DNA of 62,909 nucleotides, filler included, from Choristocarpus tenellus KU-1152 (Eukaryota; Protista; Phaeophyceae): NCBI GenBank assembly GCA_964200185.2. It is 10 parts of 10 records of this genome, joined end to end, with 100 filler letters (N's around TTAATTAATTAA, not from the genome) between each part and the next. Parts side by side here need not be neighbours in the genome. Positions count along the whole stretch, not along the records: positions 19,951 to 26,041 come from CAXNAD020008961.1; positions 26,142 to 28,658 come from CAXNAD020027147.1; positions 28,759 to 38,702 come from CAXNAD020003259.1; positions 38,803 to 50,478 come from CAXNAD020002189.1; 6 more parts are not named here. One strand, given 5' to 3'. The notes below the pieces were generated by a model that was not told the DNA's origin, did not search any database, and saw only the letters and a list, made by a program, of their open reading frames with translations. Positions 25,939 to 39,140 of the stretch are shown in pieces; within the stretch, counting starts at the first letter, position 1, and every line of letters begins with the position of its first letter. Made by a program: the position numbers and the translations under genes.

Positions 25939-27439
25939 CTGCCAGTTGGGGGGGGGGGGGGGGGGGGGAGGGGGGGGGGAAAAGACGGGTTGGGGGGGAG
26001 ATAGAGATGGAGGGGGGTGGCGTGGGGGTAAGAAAAAAAAANNNNNNNNNNNNNNNNNNNNNNNNNNNNNNNNNNNNNNNNNNNNTTAATTAATTAANNN
26101 NNNNNNNNNNNNNNNNNNNNNNNNNNNNNNNNNNNNNNNNNTCTATGCTATGCGTACGAACGACGCGATGCTTCCCCCTTACACACCACCGCAAGGCATG
26201 GTAAAAAAAAAAAAAACGCCCCTCAACAAAATAAAGACACATCATCCATCAGTGAGATGATGCGATGCGCTCGAGGAAAACGCAACGCATACTCACTCCC
26301 AATCTACTCATGACAGGAGGGTACCAACGCTCTCGTCGCCACAGTACAAGCGCAGCAAAGCAGTAGTGAGAGATTGATGATAAGGTCTCAACTTCTGTAG
26401 GCCAGGCGGAAGTTATAGGGCTGCGCACTTGGGTCCGGTTCGTCACCTAACTTTGGCTCCGCTGGCAACCACGTCACCATGAACTCCTCAAGGAACGAAT
26501 CGAAGGCACAAGTTAACAACTCCTGCCTGGTAAAAGAAAGAGCCTTGCAAGAGGAGACCAAAAACTCGGGGTTGCCTTCAGGAACGGCTCTACAAATCCA
26601 AAATACACCCTCGGAAGAGACTCTACAAAAAATATATATATATATGTGTTCTCATTGTCACTACTGTTACAAACACTACCAACATTACACTACCATTTTG
26701 TCATTCGTTATTCCTCCGGACACCTACTTCTTTCCGTTGCTTCTTTCGTTATTGCGACGGCCTCTCTCTCACACTCCTACACTTTCCCCCCAACTCTCAA
26801 ACCCACCCACTCATGAACCCAGCGAGAACATGAGGGAGCTCTACACTCTACAGGGCACATGCTATTACTTCTTTGCACTGCGTGCCTCACTACGGAAAAA
26901 AAAAAAAGTCACCCGCCCAGAAGCAGAAAAAGTGTTTTACTGCGCTTGGGATTGGGAAGCTGGGACCGCAAGGATACACCTCCCTTGGCAACTAACTATA
27001 CACAGCCTGAAGGAGTCAACGGCCAACTTCTCCATTCAATGGAGGGACCCTCCCGTTGGTGATGACGACATGACATCAAAATACATTCACACTCATTCCT
27101 TCACGAACACATCAACTCTCGGCGCCTCGGGCCGCAACGTTATCTATCACCTCACCAGCACCTCTGCTACACGTCATCACACAACCAGTGTGCAGCAGTT
27201 TTCGATTCAAGGTTTCACATTTGGCCGCCCTGCCCATCTTATCGTAAAAAAAGATATTCAAGGTTCACCTGCTATCTACGCCGCCTTCGAAACTGGACAA
27301 ACACCTACCTAGCTCTAGTCAGTCAAACCATTCACCCCAAACCTAGCAACACAAGTCATCCCACACTCCTGTCCAGGACAAGCATGACAACTTAAAATGG
27401 CCCTACATTCGCATATGCCGTTCCATTTTATCTCCTCCC

Positions 27440-27760
27440 CCTTGACAAGGAAATTTAATGCAACCACTCAATGATTGAACTGATGGGGGAACCCCAACTA
27501 ACTGCTCATTTCTTCTCATAGCAGTCACTGTACCCACTGCTCCAGTGGGCATCTGGCGAGGGAGCATCTGACCTGCCCATCTTATCTGGTTCTGAACCGG
27601 ATGACTATGCACGAAGGGAAACTTGGATCCTTTGCGAATCCTACCTCTCTCGGGGCAGTGTGCTTGTTCTTCACAGCACTCAACAAGAGCAAAAAGCCAG
27701 GGCATACTGTGCACTGATCAACGCAGACTCTCCAAACAGTCGAGAATATATGTTGGTTTA
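27440..27760 (-). mobile_element. Possible Helitron Rep/helicase N-terminal relic
   Basis: Frameshifted FAKDPSF/PFV...VQ resembles the Helitron RFAKDPxFxF motif; short and decayed. Confidence 0.25.
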
Positions 27761-27889
27761 CCCGGAACCAATCTAAGAAAAAGTGTACAATTTCCAAGAC
27801 TAACAACATTCCATTGACTCAAGGTATTGCAGAGAGCCTGGAGCTCCGTTTCGTGTGCACCTCCAAGGTCACAGGCCGCACTTGGTGAA

Positions 27890-27920
<31 letters not shown>

Positions 27921-28368
27921 TGTATGTACTTATGTATGTAGGAGGGGTTCAGCACTCCAAAATGTTGAGGTGTGCAAACTGGGCACTGCAATGTCTAATA
28001 TTTCAGTCTTCCGTCCTTAGTTATGAAGTTCAAATGTTCATATACACAAAAATATGTTAGGTGTTGAATACCATGTTCTATTCATTGACCATCAAGCACG
28101 AAAAAAACAATCTTAAAGGGGATTTTGGTAGTAAAAAAGCATGGCAGAAATCGGATATCCTACACCTTTTTTGTCATTTTCACGCTGAATACTTCGGTAG
28201 TGGAACTCCTCCCGCAAAACGGAAAACAAAAAGTAGGAACGGGCACATATCCTACACAGAAGGGGGCCCCATAACCCTTCCAAGGGAACACAAAAGCCAG
28301 AGAAAACAGAGATCAACACCTTCAGTCACAGCCTACACACAGCACAACCTCAAAACCCATCAACCTAC

Positions 28369-28658
28369 CTCAACATCAATCTCAGTGGCCGCCGTGCCAC
28401 CGACCTCACGATCAACTTGCTGCCCGCTTCACTGAATTCCACTCGACGATCATCCTCATCTCGCTGCTGCTTCTTACCCTGCTCTTCCCTCTCCCCTTCC
28501 ACCTCTCCCACCTCATTTGCCCCGCTCCTTTCTCCATCCCTCACCCCCTCCTGCCCCTGCTTCCCTCCCCCTGAACCCACCCATCCCTGTCCCGATTCCC
28601 CAACCCAAACAGCTGCCACCTCCCGAGCAGCAGTACCGTCTGCTGTAGAGGCCAGTTC
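28369..28658 (-). CDS. Probable exon of an unknown gene (G/E-rich, low complexity), cut by contig end
   Basis: Open frame from the contig edge to an AG|GTAGGT donor near 28368. Confidence 0.3.
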
Positions 28659-29686
28659 NNNNNNNNNNNNNNNNNNNNNNNNNNNNNNNNNNNNNNNNNN
28701 NNTTAATTAATTAANNNNNNNNNNNNNNNNNNNNNNNNNNNNNNNNNNNNNNNNNNNNCCCCCCCCGCACTGAAGGATCACATACACAAATGTGATCAAG
28801 GTAACACAGTATTGATCACAAGCTGCCTGTCATCTACCAAACATTTCCGAAAACTTCTGACGTTGTAATAAACATGGAGAAAAGTATCGTTCGGAACCCC
28901 TAGCTTTAGCAGGCAAGACGACGGCGGACCCCCTCCCTCCTCCAAAAACATAACTATATATATAGAAATTTCAGGACTTGATACCATTACTCAATTGTGA
29001 ATGATGTCTTGCCTGGACCATACACACTGACCTGATATCCCACTCCTCCATTTGACCCCAAAATGCCTGAGCAGCCTCCCAAGGTGTGCGTCCCTCCAAG
29101 CTCCACCCTCCACCACCCGGCAGAGCAGCAGACAAACCCTTGTACATGGTGGTTGCATTGCCATCATCTTCTACTTGGAACAGAGTGTTGTTAGAAGTTG
29201 GTGAGAGAGAGTGTGGGGGGGGCTACTGTGAAACCTGCTGCAGCGTTCATCAGCCTACTGCCTGGAGAACTACTAACATACAAAATACTGACAAGCATTC
29301 TCAGGGGAAAGGGGGGGAGGGGAGCAACAGCGTCATCGCAAAGGAGCACCTTACCATTTGAAGCAGATATTGTTACCAAGCTAATAGACACGACTTAGTG
29401 TACAGTCAGAAGTCCTTAGAGTCCTTACATACATTTATATGTGTGCATGTGGGTGTCTGTGCAACCCCAGTAAGAATGTAAATTCTCCATTGCGCTTCAC
29501 TGGACTGACATCACTGACAAAGAAAACCATCCCGACAATGAACTCACAGTACATTGCAACAGCACCCTATCCTCCCAGTGAGAAGAACACAGCAAGAATA
29601 TCGCAAGCAAAAGGTGACCAACTGGTCAATAGTCACATTTGTCCTCACTTGACACAGTGAGACATGAGAACTAAGGAGGATCACAC

Positions 29687-31506
29687 CTGCTGCAAACTTC
29701 CCACTCTGCAGGACACTGTTGACCATGTCGCTCACAGGGGCCCACCACAGTGTGCCGTTGTAACTTTCCTCCATATCTTGCACCGTTCTCCGAACAAAAT
29801 CAGCAGCCTGATCGATGTGCTCCGCCAACGCCTGTCCCGTGGAGGGGAAAACTCTCCTAGGTTGATGGGCAGCAAACATATTCCAGGGGAAGCAATTCAC
29901 CAGACAACAAAACAATGGAGACTCCTCCATGACAAGACCAATCCATACATAGACTGAAATATCCCCAACATCTACATTGAGGAGTCAAGCATTAGCAAGG
30001 GCTGCAAGAGGGCTGCACCACTGTAACAGGAAATTGTCCGCAACAAAGAGGCATATTGCAGTACCTCCTTGACCTCTCGATGATCCAGTGCCCCCTTCAC
30101 CCAGTCAGAGGCCCTGCCAGCTACAGCTAGCCCTTCTAGGACACTCTCTGTTCCCAGGAACAAAAAGATGAAACCGCTGCATAAGAACAGCACAGAAATC
30201 ACCAGTAGAGTGGCCACAGTATCATCAGATATAATCCTACGGTACGCAAAGATGCGCCTGTGCCACCAGAAAAGAACAGGGGTGGGCAGAGGGTGGGACT
30301 TGGTCAAGTCAGGTTCAGGGAAAATCCCTTTGGCAGAACAGGATCGAAGGGAGTCAAAGATGTTGATATCTGTTGAAGGTAGGTCATCAAGTTCAAGTGA
30401 GGTTTTTCTGCTAAAAGATGTTACCAACTCAGGTAGTGTCCTTGCATTGAGACATTTAGTGTTCATTCCGTAGAAATACATCCACAGTTCATCAAATTCC
30501 GCACATTTTTTCCGTCCAAAATCAATCATGGAAAAATACTGCATTGTGCCACAGAGCGCCTACAAGATGCCCACCTATCAATCACGAGGAAAAGCAGAGT
30601 TGCAGGGACTCCGATCGTCAGGGATGTGCTAAACATCAACCACCATCCTAGTAGGTGCAACATCAGGGAAAACATACTCATAAGCGAGAATAATCCTAGC
30701 CCCAGCAGAGCCCTATGCCCTATTCCCATGGCGGTGTTTCCATATCCCGTAAAGGATGTCGAAGAGCGGTCGACCTTTGGTCTGATCATCATCTCAACGA
30801 GAACGTAGAGCATGCGCTTTGGGGGGTTTTCGCCAACGCCACTGAGGTGCTTCAGGAGGGAGGTAACCGCCTGTTTCAATCAGATCGAGAGAGAGAGAGA
30901 GAGGAAAAGCGAGCGTATTTCTCACTCATAACAAATTCAACTAGGACTGGGACTGAAGGGACATGTGGGATAGTCCAGTTCAGGGTAGAGGAGATGAGAA
31001 TCAAGTTTTAGACCCCAAGAATTCCAGCTCAACTCAATAGGTCAGTGTTAAAACCTGAGGTAGGACATTTCACCGACCTGTTTCGAGGATTGTAGAGCTT
31101 CTCCGATCAGTACAGCCTGAGGTCGAAGGAGGAAGAACACACCAGGTGGGACAACAAGGGATGGCTGAGACGAACTTGGCATTACAGGAGGGCAATAAAC
31201 ACAGTTAGGGCGTAGTATATCATCTACTACATGCACGTGCAAAACCGTTGGGATTATCGAGAGATAGGAGGGAGGGGCGAATCAGACGTTTTGGCAATTC
31301 ACCCTGGTGCGCAATTTGGGGTGGGGTTTAGATATAGAAGGGCCTCTCATGAGTGGTCTTACCCATCCAATTGTGCCAATATAATCCCCCCATAGCACGA
31401 AATTGAAGTAAAATATCGCACAAACTGTCAAGGTGATGAAATGAGATACCACTAAGGCTGATATCAGTGGAAGGAGCTCAGTTGGCAGTGGTCGAGCTTC
31501 AGGCAT
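29687..31506 (-). CDS. TMEM245/AI-2E-like multi-pass membrane protein, 5' exons
   Basis: In-phase exons 31363-31506, 31078-31116, 30575-30870, 30065-30257, 29687-29831. YFNFVLWGDYIGTIGW/AVLIGEAL resembles the TMEM245 N-terminus; several TM segments. Confidence 0.7.
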
Positions 31507-32107
31507 TCTTCTACCAAGCAACCAAAGCCCTCAAGTTAAGGGGCTCAAGAAGCAGCTTTATCGCGGCAGGACGAGCCCACGGACACGCTATGCAAGCACA
31601 ACGTGAATATCGTAAAAGAAACGTGTCACCTCCCTTAGGGGGAAGGCTTCAGATATATCGTTCCCTTGATCTATGACAGGTGAGTTGGTGTGGTTGGCGA
31701 AGGTAAGTCTGAAGGTGAATACTAAGTTTTTGTTGTTGTCCAGTCTTCCCACGGTCCAACTGTTAGAGAACCTACCAATAAACTCTCAATATGAAGTTGG
31801 AAGTTGGAATGTTTTAGTTTTCATATTATATTTTGATGTGAAATGGTGTATTATATTATACTTTATAGTATGGAGTACATCGTATGATATGCAACTTTTA
31901 GAGAGGTCTTCAAACCAAAAATCGATGTTACAAAACACTACTAGGAAAAGGTTTAGATGGAAAGTGAGTCTTAGGCTAACCCTGTACACCAGACTATAGG
32001 CAATTGCCTTTGTATGTACTCGTGGAATTATCGTTTATCGTAAGGAAATAGTTTTGTCTGGGGTGAGTGAAGAAACTCCAGTCTTCCCGTCTCTGTGTTG
32101 TGGAACT

Positions 32108-33086
32108 ATGGTTTGTGACAAATGTGAAGCCAAGCTGACAAATGTCATCGTGCCAGACAAGGTGAGTCGCCTCGATCCACAACGCCAAATGAGGATATTT
32201 CAGTATTGTTCTCAGTGCGGGTGTCGTGAATTCATTAGTGAGAAGGGGTGCCTCATATTGCAATCGCCCTCCTTCTCACAGTGGAAAGATGGTGCACGGA
32301 ACACTACAGGCGGGAATGGCGGTGGACGCCGCGTCGGCCATGAAAATATGTTACTCAAACACGGATCTGCCAAACGAAGAAACAACAGGTGAGGTGGGAC
32401 TAAAGATCTGGGAGGGATGGGTGTCTGAATTAGAAACGGAGAGTGGGGAAGAGGGGATCGAGACTTGCTAGACCTTTTCCAGATGGTTCCACCACAATTT
32501 ATAGGGCCTAACCTGAGACGAGGTCAGTTTTTAGGATTTTAAAAGGACTAGGTGCGCAACTTTCTTGTTTGTACATGATGGAGTACACTTGTTGCTTGGA
32601 CTACAACCGTGTCACTGGCGTTCCACTTCCCAGGTTCACTCCCATAACACGCGTGTGCCGGATATGCAAGACTAAAGTCAACCAACAACACCACTACTGC
32701 CAGGAGTGCGCCTTCCAAAAAGGTAAGTGTCCATGCCTGCCACTAGCTTAATGGGCGAGAGTGGTGCAAATGACAGCATGGACATACACCTTGATAGATT
32801 CAATGTGGTTCGGCCTCCAACTGATGGTTGGAAGTTAGCACCACCCGCTGCCCTCAACAACTCAGGTGTATATATAATATGTATATATATCCATCAGTGT
32901 AATCAAAGGACTTTTGCTTGTTACTCAGCATGGCGCTGTGATGATGCTACAATTTCAATACTTCTCGTTTTTCTAGTAACCTGAAATCTGACCCTTTCCA
33001 CTTCTCATTTTCTATCTGCAGGCATTTGTGGCATGTGTGGCAAAAAGACTGATGATATTTCAGATCAAAGACGAACTGCGAAGTGA
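32108..33086 (+). CDS. CRIPT: Cysteine-rich PDZ-binding protein CRIPT (104 aa)
   Basis: Exons 32108-32161, 32282-32388, 32634-32722, 33022-33086: MVCDKCEAKL..VIVPDKWKDGARNT...CRICK.KV...HYCQECAFQKGICGMCGKK. Confidence 0.95.
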
Positions 33087-35153
33087 CAGTTTACGTGGAC
33101 AAGAGCAGTGGTGCCTCTTCCTCTAGCGACTTGCCAAATCATAGAAGGTTGCTGAAATACCTTGACATAAATCTTTATATCAATTCTTTAGAATATGTGA
33201 TGTAACCCATGGATATGCATTCCTTATGAGGGAGATAACCTGCATTTGTGAATATTACCATAGCAGGCCACCAAGTACTACTGTGAGCTTTTTTCCAGAA
33301 CATTGGCACAACTTCTGCATGGGCTGTGGCATTGCCCTGTTGAGAAGTGAAAAGGCTAGGACACACTAACGGCTACTTGTTTTTGCACGTATATTACGTG
33401 CGTATCATACCAAATTTGTACTTCATACGTGTCTTTAGTGTATCCACGTCTACACTGATATACGGCAATGAGGTCACATAGATAATGGAGCACTGCAACA
33501 ACAAAATTCAAACATGAGGTGCAGGGCAATGTGAAGAGGAAGGTGAAAAATAGGTTGTGGCAATGTAAACTTTCCACCCTGCAAAGCTGGTTGCATAGTA
33601 GAACCTATCTCAGATTTGACTGAGCAAATACTGGCAGATTAAGCTCAATCAGACTTACGGTGAAATGTTATGGACATACAACCTGTTTGTTAGAAAGGTA
33701 TTCGAACATACACTTGTGTGCATAAATGAAATCTGAATCTCTCGATTATTGAGGGTGTGATGGGAGTAAAATAAAAAAAATCTGGTTAGACCCCCTCACC
33801 CTGCACAACACATGAGCTGTGCTCAAGAGGACACAGGTCCTCACATTTCTGTCAACTATGCCAATGAGTACAAAATTGGATCAGGCAAGGAAAGGTGTTT
33901 TGGGGGAAATTTGCAGTTGAAGCAGAATAGAAATGGAACGACCTCCCATTGGTCAAACTTTGTCAATTCTTCACTCACTCGAGTGAGATAGCATGTTTTA
34001 CACACATGTAGAGAAAATAGTGTAAAAGTCTCCATCTTTGTTAATGATCCTCATGATCTACATTGGAATTTCACAAAAGATTAAATTCGCTATCTTACCA
34101 TCGGCGAGTTCTTTGGTTTTACGATACCACTTCTACATAAATCAAACATGGAGAAGCAATGCTACTTTCTTGTCAAAATAGCAAAAGACAAAAGGCGCAT
34201 AGGAACCTAGCAATGTTTATCCAAGCCATGGCCTAAATCTTGATATTCAAGGAATATGCAGCTGAAAACATCTAGACCTCGGTACATTTGTTACACATCA
34301 TGGCCACAGGTGGAGACATCAAAGAACTTGAAACCTCCTCTTGTCAAAGTCTCATAGTCATACACAAGTTTATAAAATTGAAGATATGTGGTTGAGAGTG
34401 CCGACCTGCAACAAAAGACTAAACGCAATCTAGATTCCTTCCACTATTAGCAGGGAGTATGATACCATCATACCAATTCACTGACAGCTACTGCGTATGA
34501 AGACTGGAAGCCTTTAGACCAGTGCACAGACAATGCAAGAAAAAAAAATACACAAACGCACGTACAAGCACTATGTTGAATGTAGGTCACAGAGCACTAG
34601 GACCTGCTCGTTTCAAAAATTGAAAGCTCCGTAGCACGTAAATATATCGTCTTAAAAAAAAAAAAGTGACACAAGTATTCTCGAAAATATTGCAAAGAAG
34701 CAGCAGACAAACCTCCCCCAACTCCAACTCATGTTACAATCATTAGACAAATTTGTCAAATCAGGACAAGTACCCTCTGGCACAAACAAAAGAACACACT
34801 AGACTCTTCAGCACGGTTTAGGATCCTATTTCGATGTTTTGGACTCATGCTAACTATACACAGTGTTCAACATTCAGTCTACACCACCTAGCTTGCCTGG
34901 GTCTCAAATTCAAAGTAGAAGGCATAGCAACACCACAAAGAATGCTGTATAATTCACATTAACCTCTGCAAACAAAGATTGAAAGATTTCAGTTCTTAAC
35001 ATAATCCAACTCTTGCCCTTGCAAAAAAGTAACCAATCACCAAGAGTGCATCCAGGGTAGATAGTCCAGAATGAAGGATGCTGCTCACAAGCACACATGA
35101 GTCAGACCTTCACAGGGAGAGGGGGGAGGAGGCTAAGGTTGCTTGCGCCAGCA

Positions 35154-38100
35154 TCAGCAGCAATCATTTGTAACAACGAATCCCCCGCTGTTGTACTTCA
35201 CTCCATTGACCACGTACACAAGCCTGGGGTAGTCCAAGAACATCAGAAGGAACAAATCGATAGGTTACACATATTTCAAACAACAATAGAGGACAAGTAA
35301 ATTGATGAGAAGGGGAAGAAAGAAAAAATGATGAAAAAAAAAGTGCAGAGAGTTGAGCCCTCTCTAAACTCCTATCACCAAACATCACCATGAGCAAAGC
35401 TTTCTGGATAGACCATTTTAATGCTGTTCAACTTTGAACAATGAGAACAAAGAACAAAGAGTCCACAAAGTTGTTTTCTTCCATAATCATAATCAAAATC
35501 ATTGTAAGCAAGTCAGATAGCTATAAATACTTCTTAGAATAATAATGCCATTCCTGATAAGGACAGTCCGTAAGTTGTACATGCAATAGGCTTGTCACTG
35601 TCAACACGAATAAAAACACACAAATAAATAAAACCTAAACTGCACAATTCACTTAGTTGATGGGACACCATCTACCGCAGGTGAAAAACGATTGTTCCTG
35701 TTACTATTCACTATGTAACACCATGGCCTTACACACTCTAACACAGACACACAACCCTATCAGTGGAACAGCGATACTACATACTACACAGCCCTGGAAT
35801 TGTGCAAATTAGTATAATCACAATCAACTTAAGCCACCATCTAATGCCAAGTGATGGGGGAAAATATAAAACCCTCACCTATCATCACATGGTGCACATA
35901 GAGGGATGAATGCCAGGGGGAAAAAGATTAGCAGCAGGATTATAACAACAATCAGGGAAGTAAACCCCACATACTTCTCCTGTTGAGGGAAGGAAGAGCA
36001 GGAGGAGTGAATTTGGTCAGGGCACACATCTACATGAAGGAGCGTTTACTTGGTGAGAAAGGGGTGTCACAGGGCGAGGGAGAATTCTGTTAGATGACCA
36101 TCAAAGGGAGAGAATAGGTTCCATTAAATAATTTGCGTAAAATACAGAGCTCAACATGCTACTCGCAGTCTGATCGTTAGAGTGTAGCGTATCATAGACA
36201 TTCATGCTGACCATTCTTGGCTAGACGACATTGATATCGTTCTATGGTATCCAACCCATCCGAAACGAGAGATGTATCAGAATTATTTCAATTCAAATCG
36301 CATTATCATCTACTGTATTACCTTCTAGAAGGACACACACTACCTCAAGATTAACCAGCTCTGCCTCTCAGATGTCTGTGATCGACAAAAAGAAGTCTCA
36401 TTCATGACATAACAAACAAAAAGGTACACCCTCGGTGCCTAAGTTGGCGGATGAGGCGATTCACAGGCAAAGGCTTTGAAATACCTGGATCAGGAATATG
36501 CAAACAGCCTATGCGCCAGTTGACAAAATGGGCCGCTCAATACCTAATACAGGTCTTTTTGCGCCCTACAGAGTGGGCTGGTTTCAACAAGCCATGAAGC
36601 TAACAGGAATGTGAGAAAATAGAGCAACAGAAGTAACCACACGTATCACACCAGTAGCGAACAATAGAGTAGAGCTTGTTGGCCTGCAACTGATGCTGCT
36701 TACCATGTATGTCCAAAAATGTACAGAAGAAATTGACACGTGCATAACAAATGGTGAGAGGTACCTCAAGCAAGGAAGGTGTCTCTTCTTCTCATCAGTG
36801 AAACTCGAATGAAGAAAGACATGTAGACAGACCTACAGATCTCTACAAGACGCTGCACTGAAGCTATCAAGAGATTCAAAGCCCAGCTTAATGAAAATAT
36901 AGAAGTGAGGCACATTCTACCATTGGCATTCCAAATTCAAGCTGGTTGTAGAACAATGTGGAACTTGGGGATAAGAGTCTGGTTCGCTGTTCTACAAGAC
37001 AGCGAACTGACAACACTCAAGAGTTTTCTTAATTGGAGCTTGTGCATCCACTTAAAATATGTATTTCCTTTTAAAATAGATCATGAAGAAAAAACACCAA
37101 GCATTTTCAATACAAATTCAAACTCATTCCTCATTGATTTGGACCTTGGGTTCAATGGGCTGTTCTGCACATTAATGCACTCATCGGTTACGTTACGATC
37201 CAAATATTTCAATGAGAAGAACATAATGCCCAAGGAATCCAATCTTGATATTTCTCGTCATTTAAGGTTAATTCCCGTTGGGTGTCTGTCACTTCCTAAT
37301 ATGAAGTAAATTCTTCTGGCGCTAAAAACCCACCTGAATCCAAGCACCACCTGGAGGAGCGCCTGGAGGACAACCTCTGCTCCCAGGCACAGTCGGAGCT
37401 GTCGTAATTATTACTGCCTGGGAATAAACCAGCGAAGCAACAGAAGGAGTGACGAGAGTCCAACGAAAAAAAGGTCTTGGTCCATCGTCTAAAGGAACGA
37501 CATATTAGCGTATTCAGGTAAAAAAATTGAAAAGTTTGCACGGTATCTACTTGTAAACACGGCAACACAGCTAGAGAGCACGCGAACCCACGAATATTTG
37601 CATTTGCTCGTATTTCACAACTTTGGAAAAATTATTCTAAAATCATTGCATGTGCCATCACCACCACTATCATTTCATCGGAGACAGGGGACACCCTCTT
37701 CGCAAGCTCTTGACATTGAGTCCACCGTTTCTTCCGAGATCTCAGTCTCTACACCAGCGCTGTTTAACTTCTGTATGGCACCATCTACTCTAAAGCACTT
37801 AAGGACTTGGGCAAAAAGTGGTGGGAATGGACACCGGAGTATATTCAGAATGCCTATGCGCCAGGGTTGCTAATATAGTGTTTTCTCTCCTTCGTACTGG
37901 AAAACTATTGCAAGTCCCCTATCCTCATTACTCTCAAGCACAAAAATATCTCACTGTCCCTACCTGAGGTTGGGGGGGGTTGTACATATTGAGTCGAAGG
38001 GACAACATTGGGTGCAGTGGGAGGTGCCCTCTGTGGCTCATGCGCTACTGCCGTCGCTATTGGAACACCCATTGTGGCATTGTAAGTAGGGGGTTATAGT

Positions 38101-38317
38101 CCTGATGCTTGCACGACTGGGCGTTCCCAGCTCGTGCTTTGATCTTTATGATTCATATCTGAGAGGGTGTGCGGAGAAGTAGGGTGTATTAAGATACCGC
38201 ACAAATGAAGGGGGCAGGCAATTCAACGTATGGAACCGAAACACACCCAAGGGATCTCTCACAGTATATTCTCCCATCAGGTGCAACCTTTTGCTCCCAC
38301 CCTGGAGGAAGATTCAT
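35154..38317 (-). pseudogene. WW-domain + Pro-rich + TM/Cys-rich tail protein; in-frame TAA and +1 frameshift in exon 2
   Basis: Exons 38263-38317 (MNLPPGWEQKVAPDGRIY), 37964-38158 (YMNHKDQSTSWERP...; TAA at 38094-38096), 37334-37417 (..PPGAPPGGAWIQ), 35879-35979 (EKYVGFTSLIVVIILLLIFFPLAFIPLCAPCDD), 35154-35223 (RLVYVVNGVKYNSGG..CC*). Confidence 0.75.
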
Positions 38318-39140
38318 TTGCGGTCTAAGGCTTTAACACAACACACTATGAGTCGTTTCTGTCTGGTAAAGTGATTGTCACAATGAATTCAGGTCGAACT
38401 GGCTCTGTTATTGGTCATTTCAGAGCATTCCTAGAGTGTGCTATGAAATTGACATGTTTTTAAGTTTTGAACTACACTACCTACCCCGATTTTGGGCCAA
38501 ATATTATTAACCAAATCGAAAATATGCAACTTTGTACCGCTTTTTTCGAAATGCCCCCCAAAATAGGCTTTTGTATCGGAATTCTCGTATTCGGGCGATT
38601 TGGCACAAACTCTCCCAGAGATATTCACGCGAGATTGGCGTGCGCGTAAACATTTCCCGCGAAAAGTGCCTTTCTTCCTGAGTCATCCTACCATACAGCA
38701 GTNNNNNNNNNNNNNNNNNNNNNNNNNNNNNNNNNNNNNNNNNNNNTTAATTAATTAANNNNNNNNNNNNNNNNNNNNNNNNNNNNNNNNNNNNNNNNNN
38801 NNCAAAGCAATTGAAAGCTGTTCGACCCAGGAACTAGTCTGCCGGGGGGGGGGCTCCTAGATTAAGGATGGCAACCAATTATCCCCCACCCCCCTCCCCA
38901 CAGTAGTTTAGTACTTAATGGTATTGGTAATATCAAGTTTCACATTGTCAATGCCAAATGAACAAGTAAACCTACTGTTGCAAAAGTAACTGTCAAAGGG
39001 AGTGACCACAATGAAACCAGAACCACAGGCACAAAGGACACAGTCAACACAACGGACACAAAAGAACACACACACACACACACACACATTCACACATTCA
39101 CACACAAAAGTCCCCTCCCCCCCCCCAACTCCCAATGCAC

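Noticed and set aside
26479-27312. 277-aa ORF as a real gene
   Set aside because: It runs through (TA)n and poly-A tracts and has no recognisable motif, so it is likely chance or TE debris.
1221-38096. TAA-to-Gln genetic code reassignment suggested by two in-frame TAAs
   Set aside because: CRIPT, TerC, phosphatase, YHS and tau95 exons show no internal TAR and use CAR for Gln; the DUF6492-like gene appears to end at TAA; and the WW gene also has a frameshift.
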